From an uncultured Dehalococcoidia bacterium (GTDB taxonomy: Bacteria > Chloroflexota > Dehalococcoidia > Lucifugimonadales > UBA3495): a DNA stretch of 64,000 bases. Positions 9,223 to 19,578 of this stretch are shown here, piece after piece. Every line of letters begins with the position of its first letter. Position 1 is the first letter of the stretch. The stretch spans positions 1 to 64,000 of the forward strand of contig CATMOE010000009.1 in the NCBI GenBank assembly GCA_950072105.1, written 5' to 3'. Under the pieces are notes generated by a model. It saw nothing but the letters and a program-made list of their open reading frames with translations. It had not been told where the DNA came from and made no database searches. A program made the position numbers and the translations under genes.

Positions 9223-10668
9223 CTAACGCGCCTCGACTGCGTATAGTCTGCCGTCTCTTGACGCGACGAACAGCGTGTTTTCGGCCACCACGGGACTGGC
9301 GGTGACTTTTCCGCTGGTCTGGAATTCCCAAATGATTTCCCCGGATGCACGGTTGAGCCCTACAACCCGCCCATCCTCGGTCCCGACCATCACCGTATTG
9401 CCCGCCACGGTGGGAGTGGAGGTAACGTGACTGCCCACGTCACTCCCCCAAATCTTCTCACCCGATTCGGCGTCGACGGCGCTGACAGTGCCATCCAGGC
9501 CGCCGGCATACAGCATGTCAGGAGCAACCGCGATTCCTACGGACATCCCGCCTACCACGCGGTTTGTCCAGACGGTGCCATTCTGTACGGGCGGCGGTAG
9601 TACCCCCCATATGTACAGGTTCACCCTCCAGAACAGAATACCTCGCTCAAGTGGGTAGCTCTTTGCATGCCGGTCCAGGGCCCACACGCTACCGTCTTGC
9701 GTGCCAAAGTAAACGTAATCTCCCTGGAAAATCGGACTTCCGGAAATTTGCCTGCCTCGACCGGTATCGTAGAAGAACTGCTGGCGCGCCGATCGGTCGC
9801 CTACTATGTATAATTCTTTAGACAGCGAAGCCACGGCGACCGTGCCATCCACGTATGCGGGTCTATCAGTGACCCAGGCGCCGGTGGGGAATGTCCAACG
9901 TGTTTCCCCGGTGGCCACGTCCAAAGCGTGCACATTGCTGTCGGCCGACCCTATGTATACGGTGCCGTCGGCGACGACGGGAGACGAGAGTATCGGACTC
10001 CCTGTGTGATTCTCCCATTTCACCTCGCCGGTGATTCGGTCAAGAGCCACTACGATTCCCGGACGGACCGCGGAAATCACCAGATCGCCGGTCACCGCGG
10101 GCGTCGAACTGGATGGCCATCCACTGTGATACTCCCACAACATCTCTCCCGACCGAACGTCTAAAGCAAGGGTGCGTTTGTCTTCCGTTGTCAAGTAAAC
10201 GCGTCCGTCCACGACCACGGGTGATGTTGCCAGGCCGTTGGTCGAGGAGAAGGTCCACCTCACCTTTTCCGGGAAGGGAGCCTCAGCCGGTGTATACCCC
10301 GTATTTCGGAAATCGTTTCCGGACTGGGCCCAAGCGTTGGGACTGGTAGCCGGGCCGGCGGAGGTTGTAGCCCCTGACGGGGCGAAGACTAGGGGGACCG
10401 GATCAAGAAAGACCACCACCCTCCACAGGATTAACGCCAGCACGGCCGCCAGCAGACTGTATTGGTAACGTCTACGCCAGATATGGAGGCTAGGAATGCG
10501 AGAGCGTCGCTGTACTTGTGCTCTTGGGACCAGGTCGGCACCTGCGAGGAACGACCAGCAGCTAACACACCTAGTTGAGTCAATAGAAGGGTTTAAGTGG
10601 CCGCAGACGCGGCAAACGCGGACTTGTTCGCCGACTTGTTCCTGCACCTGTTCCAAAAGTTGATTCAA
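9223..10668 (-). CDS. Membrane-anchored PQQ-type beta-propeller repeat protein with N-terminal zinc ribbon
   Basis: CxxC..CxxC near the N-terminus, one TM helix, then repeated SSPVV..G.VY.G..DG...A.D..TG...W blades. Confidence 0.82.
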   Translation of the reverse strand: MNQLLEQVQEQVGEQVRVCRVCGHLNPSIDSTRCVSCWSFLAGADLVPRAQVQRRSRIPSLHIWRRRYQYSLLAAVLALILWRVVVFLDPVPLVFAPSGATTSAGPATSPNAWAQSGNDFRNTGYTPAEAPFPEKVRWTFSSTNGLATSPVVVDGRVYLTTEDKRTLALDVRSGEMLWEYHSGWPSSSTPAVTGDLVISAVRPGIVVALDRITGEVKWENHTGSPILSSPVVADGTVYIGSADSNVHALDVATGETRWTFPTGAWVTDRPAYVDGTVAVASLSKELYIVGDRSARQQFFYDTGRGRQISGSPIFQGDYVYFGTQDGSVWALDRHAKSYPLERGILFWRVNLYIWGVLPPPVQNGTVWTNRVVGGMSVGIAVAPDMLYAGGLDGTVSAVDAESGEKIWGSDVGSHVTSTPTVAGNTVMVGTEDGRVVGLNRASGEIIWEFQTSGKVTASPVVAENTLFVASRDGRLYAVEAR

Positions 10669-10902
10669 TCCCGCCAGTCATAGATTTTCTCTATAACGAG
10701 TGTAGGCTGCTGCTCCAAAGCCGTCAATCCCTTCCCGTTGGTCCGGCAGAGAAAGCCAGCTGAGTTTGTCCAACTGTGATTACAGTCGGTCAAGATCCCT
10801 GCTTTCAAGTGGAATAACTCCCAGTCGGAAGTTTCCAAGTAAATCTTGCGACGAATTTCGTCTTATATCCATAGCATACAATTAACGGCGCTGCTTTCCT
10901 TT

Positions 10903-11646
10903 TTAGACGATGGTGTCCGGCTTGAACACCGCCCAGGAAACGATGCTCAGGTATAGCTGCTCCAGCTTTGTCCCAACCATGTCCCCAACGATGGACTCTC
11001 CACCAAACTCCTGACGCCAGGACTCGGTTTGGCGCTGGTACATAATCAGGTTGCTAAACCGCAGGAAGCCAGTCGTTCCGAAGTCTAAGACCTTTCCGGC
11101 CACCGTCCGCCTATACACGAAGGCGATGTTGCAGAGAGGTCAATAGGTAACGACCACCGGCTCTCCCCCAACCGTATCGTTGACCACTTCGTGCCATATC
11201 ATGATCTGCAGCGGATAGGCCCGAGAGTCGCCCGTGACATTGACCACCTGCACCGGTTCCCGGTCGGTCAAACATTTTTCGGCCTCGCCCGCCGTCTCAA
11301 ATACCGGTCGGTCGGTCGGCAGTATATCGTCCTTTCCCGGCCCGGCGCCCATGATCTCACTGTAGTAGGCAGACCGGAGCCGGAAGTTCGTGCTCCAGCC
11401 AAAGATCGAAAAGGCGGCGGCGAGCATCTCTCGTTGTAGCTGTTCTTCGTTGATGGGACCAACCTTCCGCTGCGGGAACTTGGGCGTGGCAGGAATGGGG
11501 GTAAAAAGGAAATCAGGCGGAGTGGGAATTGGAGTGGATTCCTCAGTTGGCGCCTCCCCAACCGTCGTGGCAGGCGTCTCCGCATCCGGCCCACGCTGGT
11601 GGTCGACGGGGCCGGGCGTTCCCGCCGGCGCGAAAGAGGCCGCCAA
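10903..11646 (-). pseudogene. Truncated DUF3179-family (seleno)protein with an in-frame TGA at the first Cys of the CPLC motif
   Basis: ORFs 11140-11646 and 10903-11118 share a frame, and read-through gives WHEVVNDTVGGEPVVVTY-(TGA)-PLCNIAFVY...FGTTGFLRFSNLIMY...TESWRQ. There is no signal peptide and the ORF stops early (FKPDTIV*). Confidence 0.75.
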
Positions 11647-11659
11647 CCCTGACGGTTCC

Positions 11660-12401
11660 CGAAAGATTAATTATGTTCACCTATCACCTCGGATAGACTA
11701 CCCCATGGGCACCGACCACGCGGGCCGGGATGTGATGAGCCGGGTGATTCACGGGGCCCGGATCTCCCTATACGTGGGATTCGGCGCCGTATTGATGCCG
11801 TATTGATAGGGATAACCGTGGGCTTCGTCGTGGCAATCCCAACTACCTGCGCCGGAGGCCTCGTCGACCTCGTCGACCTCTCCTTCCAACGCCTGGTGGA
11901 CGCCATGATGGCGCTACCCGGCTTGATAATTGCCCTGGCCATAGTGGCCGTGCTTGGCTCGTCCCTGCAAAACGTTATCCTTGCCATCATTATCGGCATG
12001 TTGGCGCCGGTGGTGCGCACCATACGCTCCCGGGTATTGTCCCTCAAGGAATTAGACTACGTGCTTGCGACCAGAGCTATCGGAGCTTCACCCATGCGTT
12101 CATGCGTTTGGTTTTCCGGCACATAGCTCCCAACTGCATGGCCATAGTTCTGGTGGTGGGGACCTACTATGTGGGGCTGGCTATCACCATTGAGGCTTCC
12201 CTGAGCTTCCTGGGGGTTGGCGTCCCGCCAGACGTGCCTAGCTGGGGCGGAATGCTGAAGCGGGCTGCTGAAGAGTACGGCGCGGCGGCGCCTTGGGTCG
12301 CCATCTTCCCCGGTCTGGCTATTTTCGTGGTGGTGTTCGGATTCAACCTTCTGGGTGACGCCCTCCGGGACTTGTGGGACCCCAAGCTGAGAGGCCGTTA
12401 G
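11660..12401 (+). pseudogene. Degenerate, 5'-truncated DppC/OppC-type permease (paralog of 15871-16803)
   Basis: Segments GTDHAGRDV.SR..HGARISL / FQRLVDAMMALPGLIIAL / HIAPNC...EASLSFLG...PSWGGML...LGDALRD lie in shifted frames. Frameshifts coincide with 11-bp and 8-bp tandem duplications. Confidence 0.88.
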
Positions 12402-12863
12402 AAAGATTCCACTGATCGTCACGCCTCTCAACATTTGGAGGCATGATGACTAGAGCCCAACCTTGATTACATCGGGATGGGCTCTTATGATATGACCCGC
12501 ATAAGGCTGGAACAAAACCATGATTGTGACAGTCGGGACGCGCTTTTCTCCGAACGGTTCTGCAACAAGGGTCCATCACCGCTTCCCGCCGGGGAGTCCC
12601 ATTCCGATATTTACGGATTCACTAATCTAAAACCACTATTGACTTTCTACCATTCGATAATATATATTACCGCATGCGATTATGGCATAGCTTTACGCTA
12701 ATGCTTTACGAGGTGTGGCATAGTTTGATCTATACCGATTAGATGAGCGAAGCACCTAATAACTTTCCCTCATTGTGGGTGTATCGCCGCTAAAGAGACC
12801 GATTATTTGCCGCCGTCGCCCTTAACTCAGGTCACCTAAACAAACCAGCCCGGAGGTCGGAAT

Positions 12864-14732
12864 ATGACTAGTCTCTGGAACAAGAAGGCAGTGTTCTATG
12901 CTCCTTTAATCTTCATCCTGTTGTTCGCCGTGGCTTGCGGGTCCTCGGCCGAACCCGTGATAGTGGAGAAGGAAGTCATCGTAGAGGTCATCAAAGAAGT
13001 CGCGGTGATCAAAGAGGTCATCAAAGAAGTACCCAAGGAAGTCATCGTAGAGAAAGAGGTCATCAAAGAGGTTTACAGAGATGTCATGGTCATTGCGACC
13101 CCCGCACCGGCGCCTGTTGAAGCCAAAGTAAGGGCAGCGTGGGAGGACATCGCCGCTGGCAAACATTACAGAGGCGTCTTTCCACTGATGGCTATCAGAA
13201 ACCCTGGTTTCTGGGACGTCCATTACGGCGGCAGCTTGAACACCGTCCTCACCCCATCGAGTCCCCGATTCAATGGACTGGTAGAATACGACCCTGTCAA
13301 CCCGACCGAGATCATCGGCGATCTAGCCAAGACATGGGAAGTGAACGATGCAGGCGACGTTTACACGTTCCGGCTGCACGAGGGCGTCCAGTGGAGTAAG
13401 GGCCGCGGAGAAGTCACCTCCGCAGACATAAAATTCACTCTAGACCGCATCACGATGCCAGACGCTCTAAGGGCCCGGACCGGTTACCTTAGGACAGTCC
13501 ACGAACACGGGGCCGCAGAGGTGGTCGATAAATACACCATCAAAGTCCCTCTGATGTTCCCCACCGCCACATTCATCCCCAACATGGCTACCGACTACTT
13601 CAAGATGTACCCCAAGGCCCTGGAGACAGTTTCTCAGGACGACTTTAACTGCTGTCCCGAGAAGTCATACGGCTCCGGCCCGTGGATCTTCAAGAGTTGG
13701 AAGAAAGACAACAATTTCGAATTCGAAAGGAACGACGCCTACTTTAAAGGTCCCCGCCCCTTTTTCGATGGTATGAAGGTATACACGGTTAGGGACGAGG
13801 CCAGGCGGTTGGCCGCATGGAAGGCTGGACAGGCCTTCGGGAGCTTCCTGCCCTGGACCAGCGGCAATACCCCGTGGAATATGGAACAGCTGGAAATCGA
13901 TACTGACGGTCGGATGCGGGCCTCCATCTTGGACGGCGTCGGTATCGCATTTCTCTGGCTGAGGAACGATAGGCCTCCTTTCGACAATCCCGATTTGAGA
14001 AAGGCATTCTATCTTGCTCTGAACCGGCCAGAATTTGGCAAGGTCGCCTATAGAGGTTTCGGAGTCCCGGGTACATTCTTTAGCCCTGGTTTCGTGGAGG
14101 ACTCTACCAAGTTCGCCAAAGAGGGTAAACCGGGTTACCGGACGGACAAGGACGTAGACCTGGCCGAGGCCAAGAAACTGTTGACCAAGGCCGGTTTCCC
14201 CGACGGAATCCCGAACCTCAAGATCAACGGGCTTAATGCCGGGTCAAGCATGAAAGCCGCCGAACAGGTTGCCGCCCAGTTCAGACGTGATGGGATCGCT
14301 GACATAACTCTGGACGCGGTTGACCTGGCGACGATGTACGTCAAGATGAGAGACGGCAACCATTCCATGTCACTGGTCAATACCGGGATAATCATCACGG
14401 ACCCCGGCGATATCATCAACCAGTTCTTCCTTCAGGACGTGCTCCGCAACCCTCACAACTGGAACGATCCCAGGACCGATAAACTGATGGTTGACCAGAA
14501 CATGGAGCAGGACCCAACCAAACGCCGGGAGTTGATTAAACAATTCGCCGACGTGCTACACGAAGGAGAGAGCCACATAGTGCCTCTGTGGTGGAATTCC
14601 TCTGGAGCTACGTTCGACTACCGGTTGAGGAACTGGCACGCTCCAATGACAGTCCAGTTGGTCCACAAGTGGGACCACGTGTATTGGGACCCAGACGCTA
14701 AAATGCCTACCACACCGGGATACCATCCGTAG
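12864..14732 (+). CDS. Family-5 (peptide/nickel) ABC solute-binding lipoprotein
   Basis: Lipobox AVAC, EV/KEV-rich linker, GDLAKTWEV...YTFRL and GSGPWIF motifs; followed by two permeases. Confidence 0.9.
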   Translation: MTSLWNKKAVFYAPLIFILLFAVACGSSAEPVIVEKEVIVEVIKEVAVIKEVIKEVPKEVIVEKEVIKEVYRDVMVIATPAPAPVEAKVRAAWEDIAAGKHYRGVFPLMAIRNPGFWDVHYGGSLNTVLTPSSPRFNGLVEYDPVNPTEIIGDLAKTWEVNDAGDVYTFRLHEGVQWSKGRGEVTSADIKFTLDRITMPDALRARTGYLRTVHEHGAAEVVDKYTIKVPLMFPTATFIPNMATDYFKMYPKALETVSQDDFNCCPEKSYGSGPWIFKSWKKDNNFEFERNDAYFKGPRPFFDGMKVYTVRDEARRLAAWKAGQAFGSFLPWTSGNTPWNMEQLEIDTDGRMRASILDGVGIAFLWLRNDRPPFDNPDLRKAFYLALNRPEFGKVAYRGFGVPGTFFSPGFVEDSTKFAKEGKPGYRTDKDVDLAEAKKLLTKAGFPDGIPNLKINGLNAGSSMKAAEQVAAQFRRDGIADITLDAVDLATMYVKMRDGNHSMSLVNTGIIITDPGDIINQFFLQDVLRNPHNWNDPRTDKLMVDQNMEQDPTKRRELIKQFADVLHEGESHIVPLWWNSSGATFDYRLRNWHAPMTVQLVHKWDHVYWDPDAKMPTTPGYHP

Positions 14733-14785
14733 GTCTAATAAGCGCAGAAACCTACGGAACAAAGTGTTAGTTTAATCTCGACCCT

Positions 14786-14821
14786 GAACGAGGGCGGAGC
14801 GTTGCCCGCCCTCGTTCGTTT
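14786..14821 (+). terminator. Intergenic hairpin between the SBP and permease genes
   Basis: 12-bp stem gaacgagggcgg/ccgccctcgttc followed by gttt. Confidence 0.6.
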
Positions 14822-14882
14822 CCGATATCAACTGCACAATCGTCCGGCCTGATTCGGCTCAAAGTGATTCCCTGGAGAGATA

Positions 14883-15845
14883 ATGTGGCAGTACGCTAGC
14901 AGAAGGCTTCTCCTCTTCATACCAACACTATTCTTGGCCACAATCATGGTGTTCGCCTTGTTCTGGATCGTGCCTGGGGACGCGGCCATGATGCTCCTTA
15001 CCGGAGACGAAGACGGGACGGGGAAAGTCACCACAGCGGACATAGACAAGCTGCGTGAGAAGATGGGACTGAACCGTCCCATACATATCCAGTACGGCGC
15101 CTGGGTCTGGGACCTGATGAAGGGCGACATGGGGACATCTCTCTGGTACAAGAATCCCATCATCGACGACCTGAAGGAACGGTTCCCGGTCACCATAGAG
15201 CTGGCTTTGCTAGCGATCCTGATGGCCTTCGTGGCGGCCGTACCCCTGGGAATCATCTCTGCAGTGAAGCAAGACTCTAAAATAGACTACGCTAGCCGGG
15301 TCTTCGCTCTGATCGGGATAGCTATGCCGAGTTTCTGGATAGGGCTTCTCACGATATATGCGCTAGCTTATGGGCTCAACTGGTTGCCGCCATTGGAATA
15401 CGCCACCATCACTGAGAATCCCCTGCTCAACCTGGAACAGCTTTTCTTCCCGGCACTGGCGTTGGCTTTCCATGACATGGCCTTCACCGCCCGGGTGACA
15501 CGCTCAGCGATGCTAGAGGTGTTGCGCGAGGACTATATGCGGACCGCCCGGTCCAAAGGTCTCCGGGAGCGGACTGTCATCCTTCGACACGCTTTGAAGA
15601 ACGCCTTACTTCCTGTAATCACCATCTCGGGCTACCAGTTCGGCCGATTATTAGGTGGAGTGATCATCATCGAGTCCATCTTTGTGATTCCAGGGATAGG
15701 TCTGTACCTGGTAGATGCGATCATCCACCGGGACTTTATAGTCCTGCAAGGCGTGGTCCTCCTCGCAGCGGCGGTGGTATTGGTCTTGAATCTGGTAATC
15801 GACATGTTATACGGGATATTAGACCCCAGGATCCGATATAGTTGA
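14883..15845 (+). CDS. ABC permease, DppB/OppB type
   Basis: PGD, GDMGTS, PSFW and TRSAMLEVLREDYMRTARSKGL EAA loop; ends LDPRIRY. Confidence 0.93.
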   Translation: MWQYASRRLLLFIPTLFLATIMVFALFWIVPGDAAMMLLTGDEDGTGKVTTADIDKLREKMGLNRPIHIQYGAWVWDLMKGDMGTSLWYKNPIIDDLKERFPVTIELALLAILMAFVAAVPLGIISAVKQDSKIDYASRVFALIGIAMPSFWIGLLTIYALAYGLNWLPPLEYATITENPLLNLEQLFFPALALAFHDMAFTARVTRSAMLEVLREDYMRTARSKGLRERTVILRHALKNALLPVITISGYQFGRLLGGVIIIESIFVIPGIGLYLVDAIIHRDFIVLQGVVLLAAAVVLVLNLVIDMLYGILDPRIRYS

Positions 15846-15870
15846 AATCATCTAGACATCGGAGAAGCCC

Positions 15871-16803
15871 ATGATCGACCAAGATACATTAGGTGCTTCT
15901 ACCCCATCCAATCGCGGCGCGTTGTTGCTGACGCAGACGGTTCGATCAACTAGATGGGTAGTCACTTTCTCTAGGCGCAAGCCATTGGGAGCAATCGGTG
16001 GAATAATCACGGTTATATTGTTCGTGGTGGCGATCTTGTCACCTGTGATTGCACCTTACGATGAACGCGACACACATGGCGATTACGTCCACGCACCACC
16101 CGGCTCCCCGGGCCCAGAGGCACGCTTCCTATTGGGAACTGACGCCCTGGGTCGGGACGTATTCAGTCGCTTAGTCGTCGGAGCGCGAATTTCCCTCTAC
16201 GTTGGTGTCGGCAGCGTCCTGGTTGGGATCACCGCTGGCTTCGTTTTGGGCATTGCCAGTACCTACGCCGGGGGCAAGATTGACATGACCTTTCAGCGTT
16301 TTGTCGACGCCTTGATGGCCTTGCCCGGTCTCATCATTGCCTTGGCCATCATGGCTGTTCTGGGTCCCTCTTTAAATAACGTAATTATCGCCATCGTCAT
16401 AGGAATGTTGGCACCGGTGATCCGTACCATCCGGTCCCAGGTATTGTCACTCAAGGAACTGGACTACATCCTAGCAGCGCGGGCCATAGGTGCCTCTTCC
16501 AAGCGTATCGTTTTCTGGCACATCGCACCTAACTGCTTCGCCACTTACCTGATAATGGCTACTTACTACTTGGGGTTCGCTATCATTATCGAAGCCTCCC
16601 TGAGTTTCCTAGGCGTCGGCTCACCACCTGACGTACCAAGTTGGGGAGGGATGCTAACTAGAGCTTCTCAAGAACACCTCAAAACCGCTCCTTGGGTAGG
16701 TATATTCCCTGGCCTGGCAATATTTGTGGTGGTGCTGGGGTTCAACCTGCTGGGAGACGCCCTCAGGGACGTATTCGACCCCAAGCTGAGGGGCCGCGAG
16801 TAA
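15871..16803 (+). CDS. ABC permease, DppC/OppC type
   Basis: LGTDALGRDVFSR, YILAARAIGA, EASLSFLG, PSWGGML and GDALRDVFDP motifs. Confidence 0.93.
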   Translation: MIDQDTLGASTPSNRGALLLTQTVRSTRWVVTFSRRKPLGAIGGIITVILFVVAILSPVIAPYDERDTHGDYVHAPPGSPGPEARFLLGTDALGRDVFSRLVVGARISLYVGVGSVLVGITAGFVLGIASTYAGGKIDMTFQRFVDALMALPGLIIALAIMAVLGPSLNNVIIAIVIGMLAPVIRTIRSQVLSLKELDYILAARAIGASSKRIVFWHIAPNCFATYLIMATYYLGFAIIIEASLSFLGVGSPPDVPSWGGMLTRASQEHLKTAPWVGIFPGLAIFVVVLGFNLLGDALRDVFDPKLRGRE

Positions 16804-16851
16804 ATATCTAGCCGCCTCCCACATCCCTAGAACTCTGGACTACGAAATAGT

Positions 16852-16887
16852 AAGAGCCCGGCCCCGATTCGTCGGGGCCGGGCTCTT
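16852..16887. terminator. 16-bp perfect hairpin with TTCG loop between convergent genes
   Basis: aagagcccggccccga-ttcg-tcggggccgggctctt. Confidence 0.75.
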
Positions 16888-16933
16888 CGTTCCAGATTCG
16901 GGGGACCTCCCTTATCCCATTCCCTTCCCATAG

Positions 16934-17293
16934 TTACTCAGCCAGATTGGAAAACCAGGGAACTACTACGCTCAGCACCAGAACGATGGCGACGACAGCC
17001 AACAGCAACCAGACACCTGACGAACCTCGGTATTGGGCTACTTCTGGTTCACCCTCATAGCCTTCCGGTAGATCCAGCGATTCCCTTGCCTTGGCCAGGT
17101 CCGCCTCGTAGACGTAGATGTCGTGCGGTAGATTGTAGGCCGAACCCCACAATCCGGGGCCGCCTCGCATGCTGCGAGTGATGCAGGGGATGCCCGACTG
17201 CCAAAGGCGTTGTTCCGCCAAACGTGCCAAGGGCTCGTTATCGAATCCAGTCAGACGAACTTGTTTTCGGGCGTCTCGGTCAGTGAAGGTCAT
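16934..17293 (-). CDS. Small protein with a DUF2007-like (putative signal-transducing) domain and C-terminal TM helix
   Basis: EPLARLAEQRLWQSGIPC...IYVYEADLAKARESL pattern and hydrophobic C-terminus. Confidence 0.6.
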   Translation of the reverse strand: MTFTDRDARKQVRLTGFDNEPLARLAEQRLWQSGIPCITRSMRGGPGLWGSAYNLPHDIYVYEADLAKARESLDLPEGYEGEPEVAQYRGSSGVWLLLAVVAIVLVLSVVVPWFSNLAE

Positions 17294-17480
17294 GACACTC
17301 CAATCGAAATTCCTCACGCTTCATACCGGTAACTTCCTTGCGGGCTTAGGACTATGATCTCAATAGCCGACGCGGCCACCGATAGCTTAGGCGCCAAATT
17401 ATATCAGAGCCCGCCCACAATCCCCGCTTGATGGGGCCGCCGGCGCAGGCATCCCTGGGCGTGATTCCGGGCTGGTGTCA

Positions 17481-17489
17481 TGATATAAT
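17481..17489 (+). promoter_or_regulatory. Extended -10 element for the tRNA pair
   Basis: TGaTATAAT ending 17 nt upstream of tRNA-Leu. Confidence 0.6.
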
Positions 17490-17506
17490 AATCGGCGCGC
17501 TAATAG

Positions 17507-17593
17507 GCCGAGGTGGTGGAATTGGTAGACACGCGGTCTTGAGGGGGCCGTGGGCGTATGCCTGTGTGGGTTCAAATCCCGCCCTCGGCACCA
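17507..17593 (+). tRNA. tRNA-Leu(GAG)
   Basis: Acceptor GCCGAGG/CCTCGGC-A-CCA, anticodon arm cggtc-ttGAGgg-ggccg, long variable arm, GGTTCAAATCC T-arm. Confidence 0.95.
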
Positions 17594-17607
17594 AGTCGGC
17601 ATCTCGG

Positions 17608-17684
17608 GGCGACGTAGCCAAGTGGACTAAGGCGGAGGTCTGCAAAACCTCTATTCGGCGGTTCGAATCCGCCCGTCGCCTCCA
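17608..17684 (+). tRNA. tRNA-Cys(GCA)
   Basis: Acceptor GGCGACG/CGTCGCC-T-CCA, anticodon arm gaggt-ctGCAaa-acctc, GGTTCGAATCC. Confidence 0.96.
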
Positions 17685-17903
17685 ATAAAAAGATGCTATT
17701 GAAGAGGTTCAAGGACGCCAGCTTAGGGGTCCTTAACCAGGGTGCACAAACAGGATGTTCGTCACCCACGGCATGTGGAGTACCTCTCTAGACCGGGTCC
17801 AATTGAGATTCCATCCACCAAGATTCTCCCGTCGTAAAAGGGCTGTTCTAACCTTTAATACAGATCTTCTCTCGAGCCTGTCCTGGTTCCCAATGATAAG
17901 TTA

Positions 17904-17989
17904 GCCGGGGTGGCGGAAAGGTAGACGCGGCGGACTTAAAATCCGCTACCTTCACGGGTGTGTGGGTTCGATTCCCGCCCCCGGCACCA
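17904..17989 (+). tRNA. tRNA-Leu(TAA)
   Basis: Acceptor GCCGGGG/CCCCGGC-A-CCA, anticodon arm gcgga-ctTAAaa-tccgc, long variable arm. Confidence 0.95.
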
Positions 17990-18008
17990 ACTTTACAGGC
18001 ACAGAAAC

Positions 18009-18036
18009 AGGCCCCTGAGGAGTTTCAGGGGCCTTT
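18009..18036 (+). terminator. Terminator after tRNA-Leu(TAA)
   Basis: aggcccctga-ggagtt-tcaggggcct followed by tt. Confidence 0.6.
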
Positions 18037-18124
18037 GGATTTGGCTGGCTCCCCGCATCTGATCCACGAACCTTTCTTGGACTTCCGGTGTGAGTCGACC
18101 TCAACAAATATAGGAGTCATGAAG

Positions 18125-18742
18125 ATGAATGAAACAGTGGGACCAGGGGATGCGCGGGCGGCGGCGGCGGCCTGCCGTGAGGCGCTTTCCGGCGTGGTGG
18201 ACCAGGACTGGTCCATCTTGGCGGACGGTTTGGAATGGTCTTGCCGCCAAACGCTGGAACACATTCCCAGCGCCCAGCTATTCTACGCCTCCCAATTGGC
18301 GCTCCAAGCGAATGAGCGGCTGCCGAGAGTCAGTGGAGGAGGGGATCAACTTACCGTTGCGGAGGTATTGTTGACCGTAGAGGTGGCCACCTCAATCCTG
18401 GAACACGTGCTCCGGGCGGCGCCGGCATCGGCGCGGGCTTATCATCCGGCCGGCATGGCGGACGCCAGCGGGTTCGCCGGGATGTCATGCGACGAGATCC
18501 TGATCCACACGGCGGACATAGCGGGCGGCTTCGGGATCGACTTCCAGGCGCCAGAAGAAATATGCGCCAAGGTCCTCGCCCGGCTGTTTCCGTGGGCTCC
18601 CACGGATGTTAGCGCTTGGGACTCCCTGCGGTGGGCCAACGGCCGCTTAGAACTCTCCGGATTGGCGCCCCCGGACGTCAATTGGCGTTGGCATTGCGCG
18701 CCGTTGAGCGAGTGGGACGGAACTATCCCCCGGCGCGAGTGA
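18125..18742 (+). CDS. DinB/maleylpyruvate-isomerase N-terminal (MDMPI)-like metal-dependent protein
   Basis: W..LA.GLEWSCRQTLEH, EILIHTADIA.G and LARLFP motifs; AGGAG RBS. Confidence 0.75.
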   Translation: MNETVGPGDARAAAAACREALSGVVDQDWSILADGLEWSCRQTLEHIPSAQLFYASQLALQANERLPRVSGGGDQLTVAEVLLTVEVATSILEHVLRAAPASARAYHPAGMADASGFAGMSCDEILIHTADIAGGFGIDFQAPEEICAKVLARLFPWAPTDVSAWDSLRWANGRLELSGLAPPDVNWRWHCAPLSEWDGTIPRRE

Positions 18743-18842
18743 CCGGCGAAGATGGGGTCAGTGGGATAAAGAATCAGCCCCCAAAGAGTTCATCTTTGGG
18801 GGCGTCGGTTGTCAAATACCGGAGTCAGGAACCCTGTCTACG

Positions 18843-19352
18843 TTAGGGAGCGATCTCGCCGCCGGTCGTGCCAGTGCTTGTGAAATAAGTGGCTGGATCT
18901 ATACCAAACGCATCCAGTCCATGCAGCGCTGCGTCCCTGAACTTTTCCACCCTGGGAATGAGCTCGGTTAAATCCTCATCTTCTGCTGCTCTCAGGTCGT
19001 CTATGCATCTGTCGACGGCGGCGGCCAAAGATCCTCCGCCCTCTTTGCACACGAAAACCGGTGACCCGTCGCCTCCAGCCTCCGCGACACTAAAAGAAAA
19101 ACTTGCATTAACCGCACGGTTTTTACCCTTCCCTGGAACCGCTTTCCAGGTCGTTTTCGCATTGATATTCAGTTCCCTCACGTCTTCTCCTGTCCCGACG
19201 GTCACAGTGGCTTGAACACCAGAGACTCCGGAAGGGTTCACTTCGGTGATCTGGCCTTGTGCCGCCAGTACTACAAACAGTGGGAACACGGCCACAAAGC
19301 CCGCCGCTATGGCCACCGCCAAAAGACGTTTGTTAGGCATCATAAACTTCAT
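18843..19352 (-). CDS. Hypothetical secreted protein
   Basis: Signal-peptide-like N-terminus (KRLLAVAIAAGFVAVFPLFVVLAA) and GGAGG RBS upstream. Confidence 0.6.
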   Translation of the reverse strand: MKFMMPNKRLLAVAIAAGFVAVFPLFVVLAAQGQITEVNPSGVSGVQATVTVGTGEDVRELNINAKTTWKAVPGKGKNRAVNASFSFSVAEAGGDGSPVFVCKEGGGSLAAAVDRCIDDLRAAEDEDLTELIPRVEKFRDAALHGLDAFGIDPATYFTSTGTTGGEIAP

Positions 19353-19578
19353 TTTTGATTCCCTCCTCCGGTGTAGGCACGGAAGCCCTCACGTACATTC
19401 TATATTCCAACCTATATTCCAACTCCCAGAAATCAACCAAGTCTACCCTTAAGTAAATCGCCGATTTACCCTCAAGATAGCGCCACACACCCTTGTTCTG
19501 CTTATAATGACTCAGTGCCCCGGTGAGGCCATTGAACCCACCCGGCGGCGGCACGAATAAAAGCGAAAGGAGCAACCG

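Noticed and set aside
17399..17769. ORFs 17399-17602, 17428-17688 and 17572-17769
   Set aside because: They overlap tRNA-Leu and tRNA-Cys and are translations of RNA genes.
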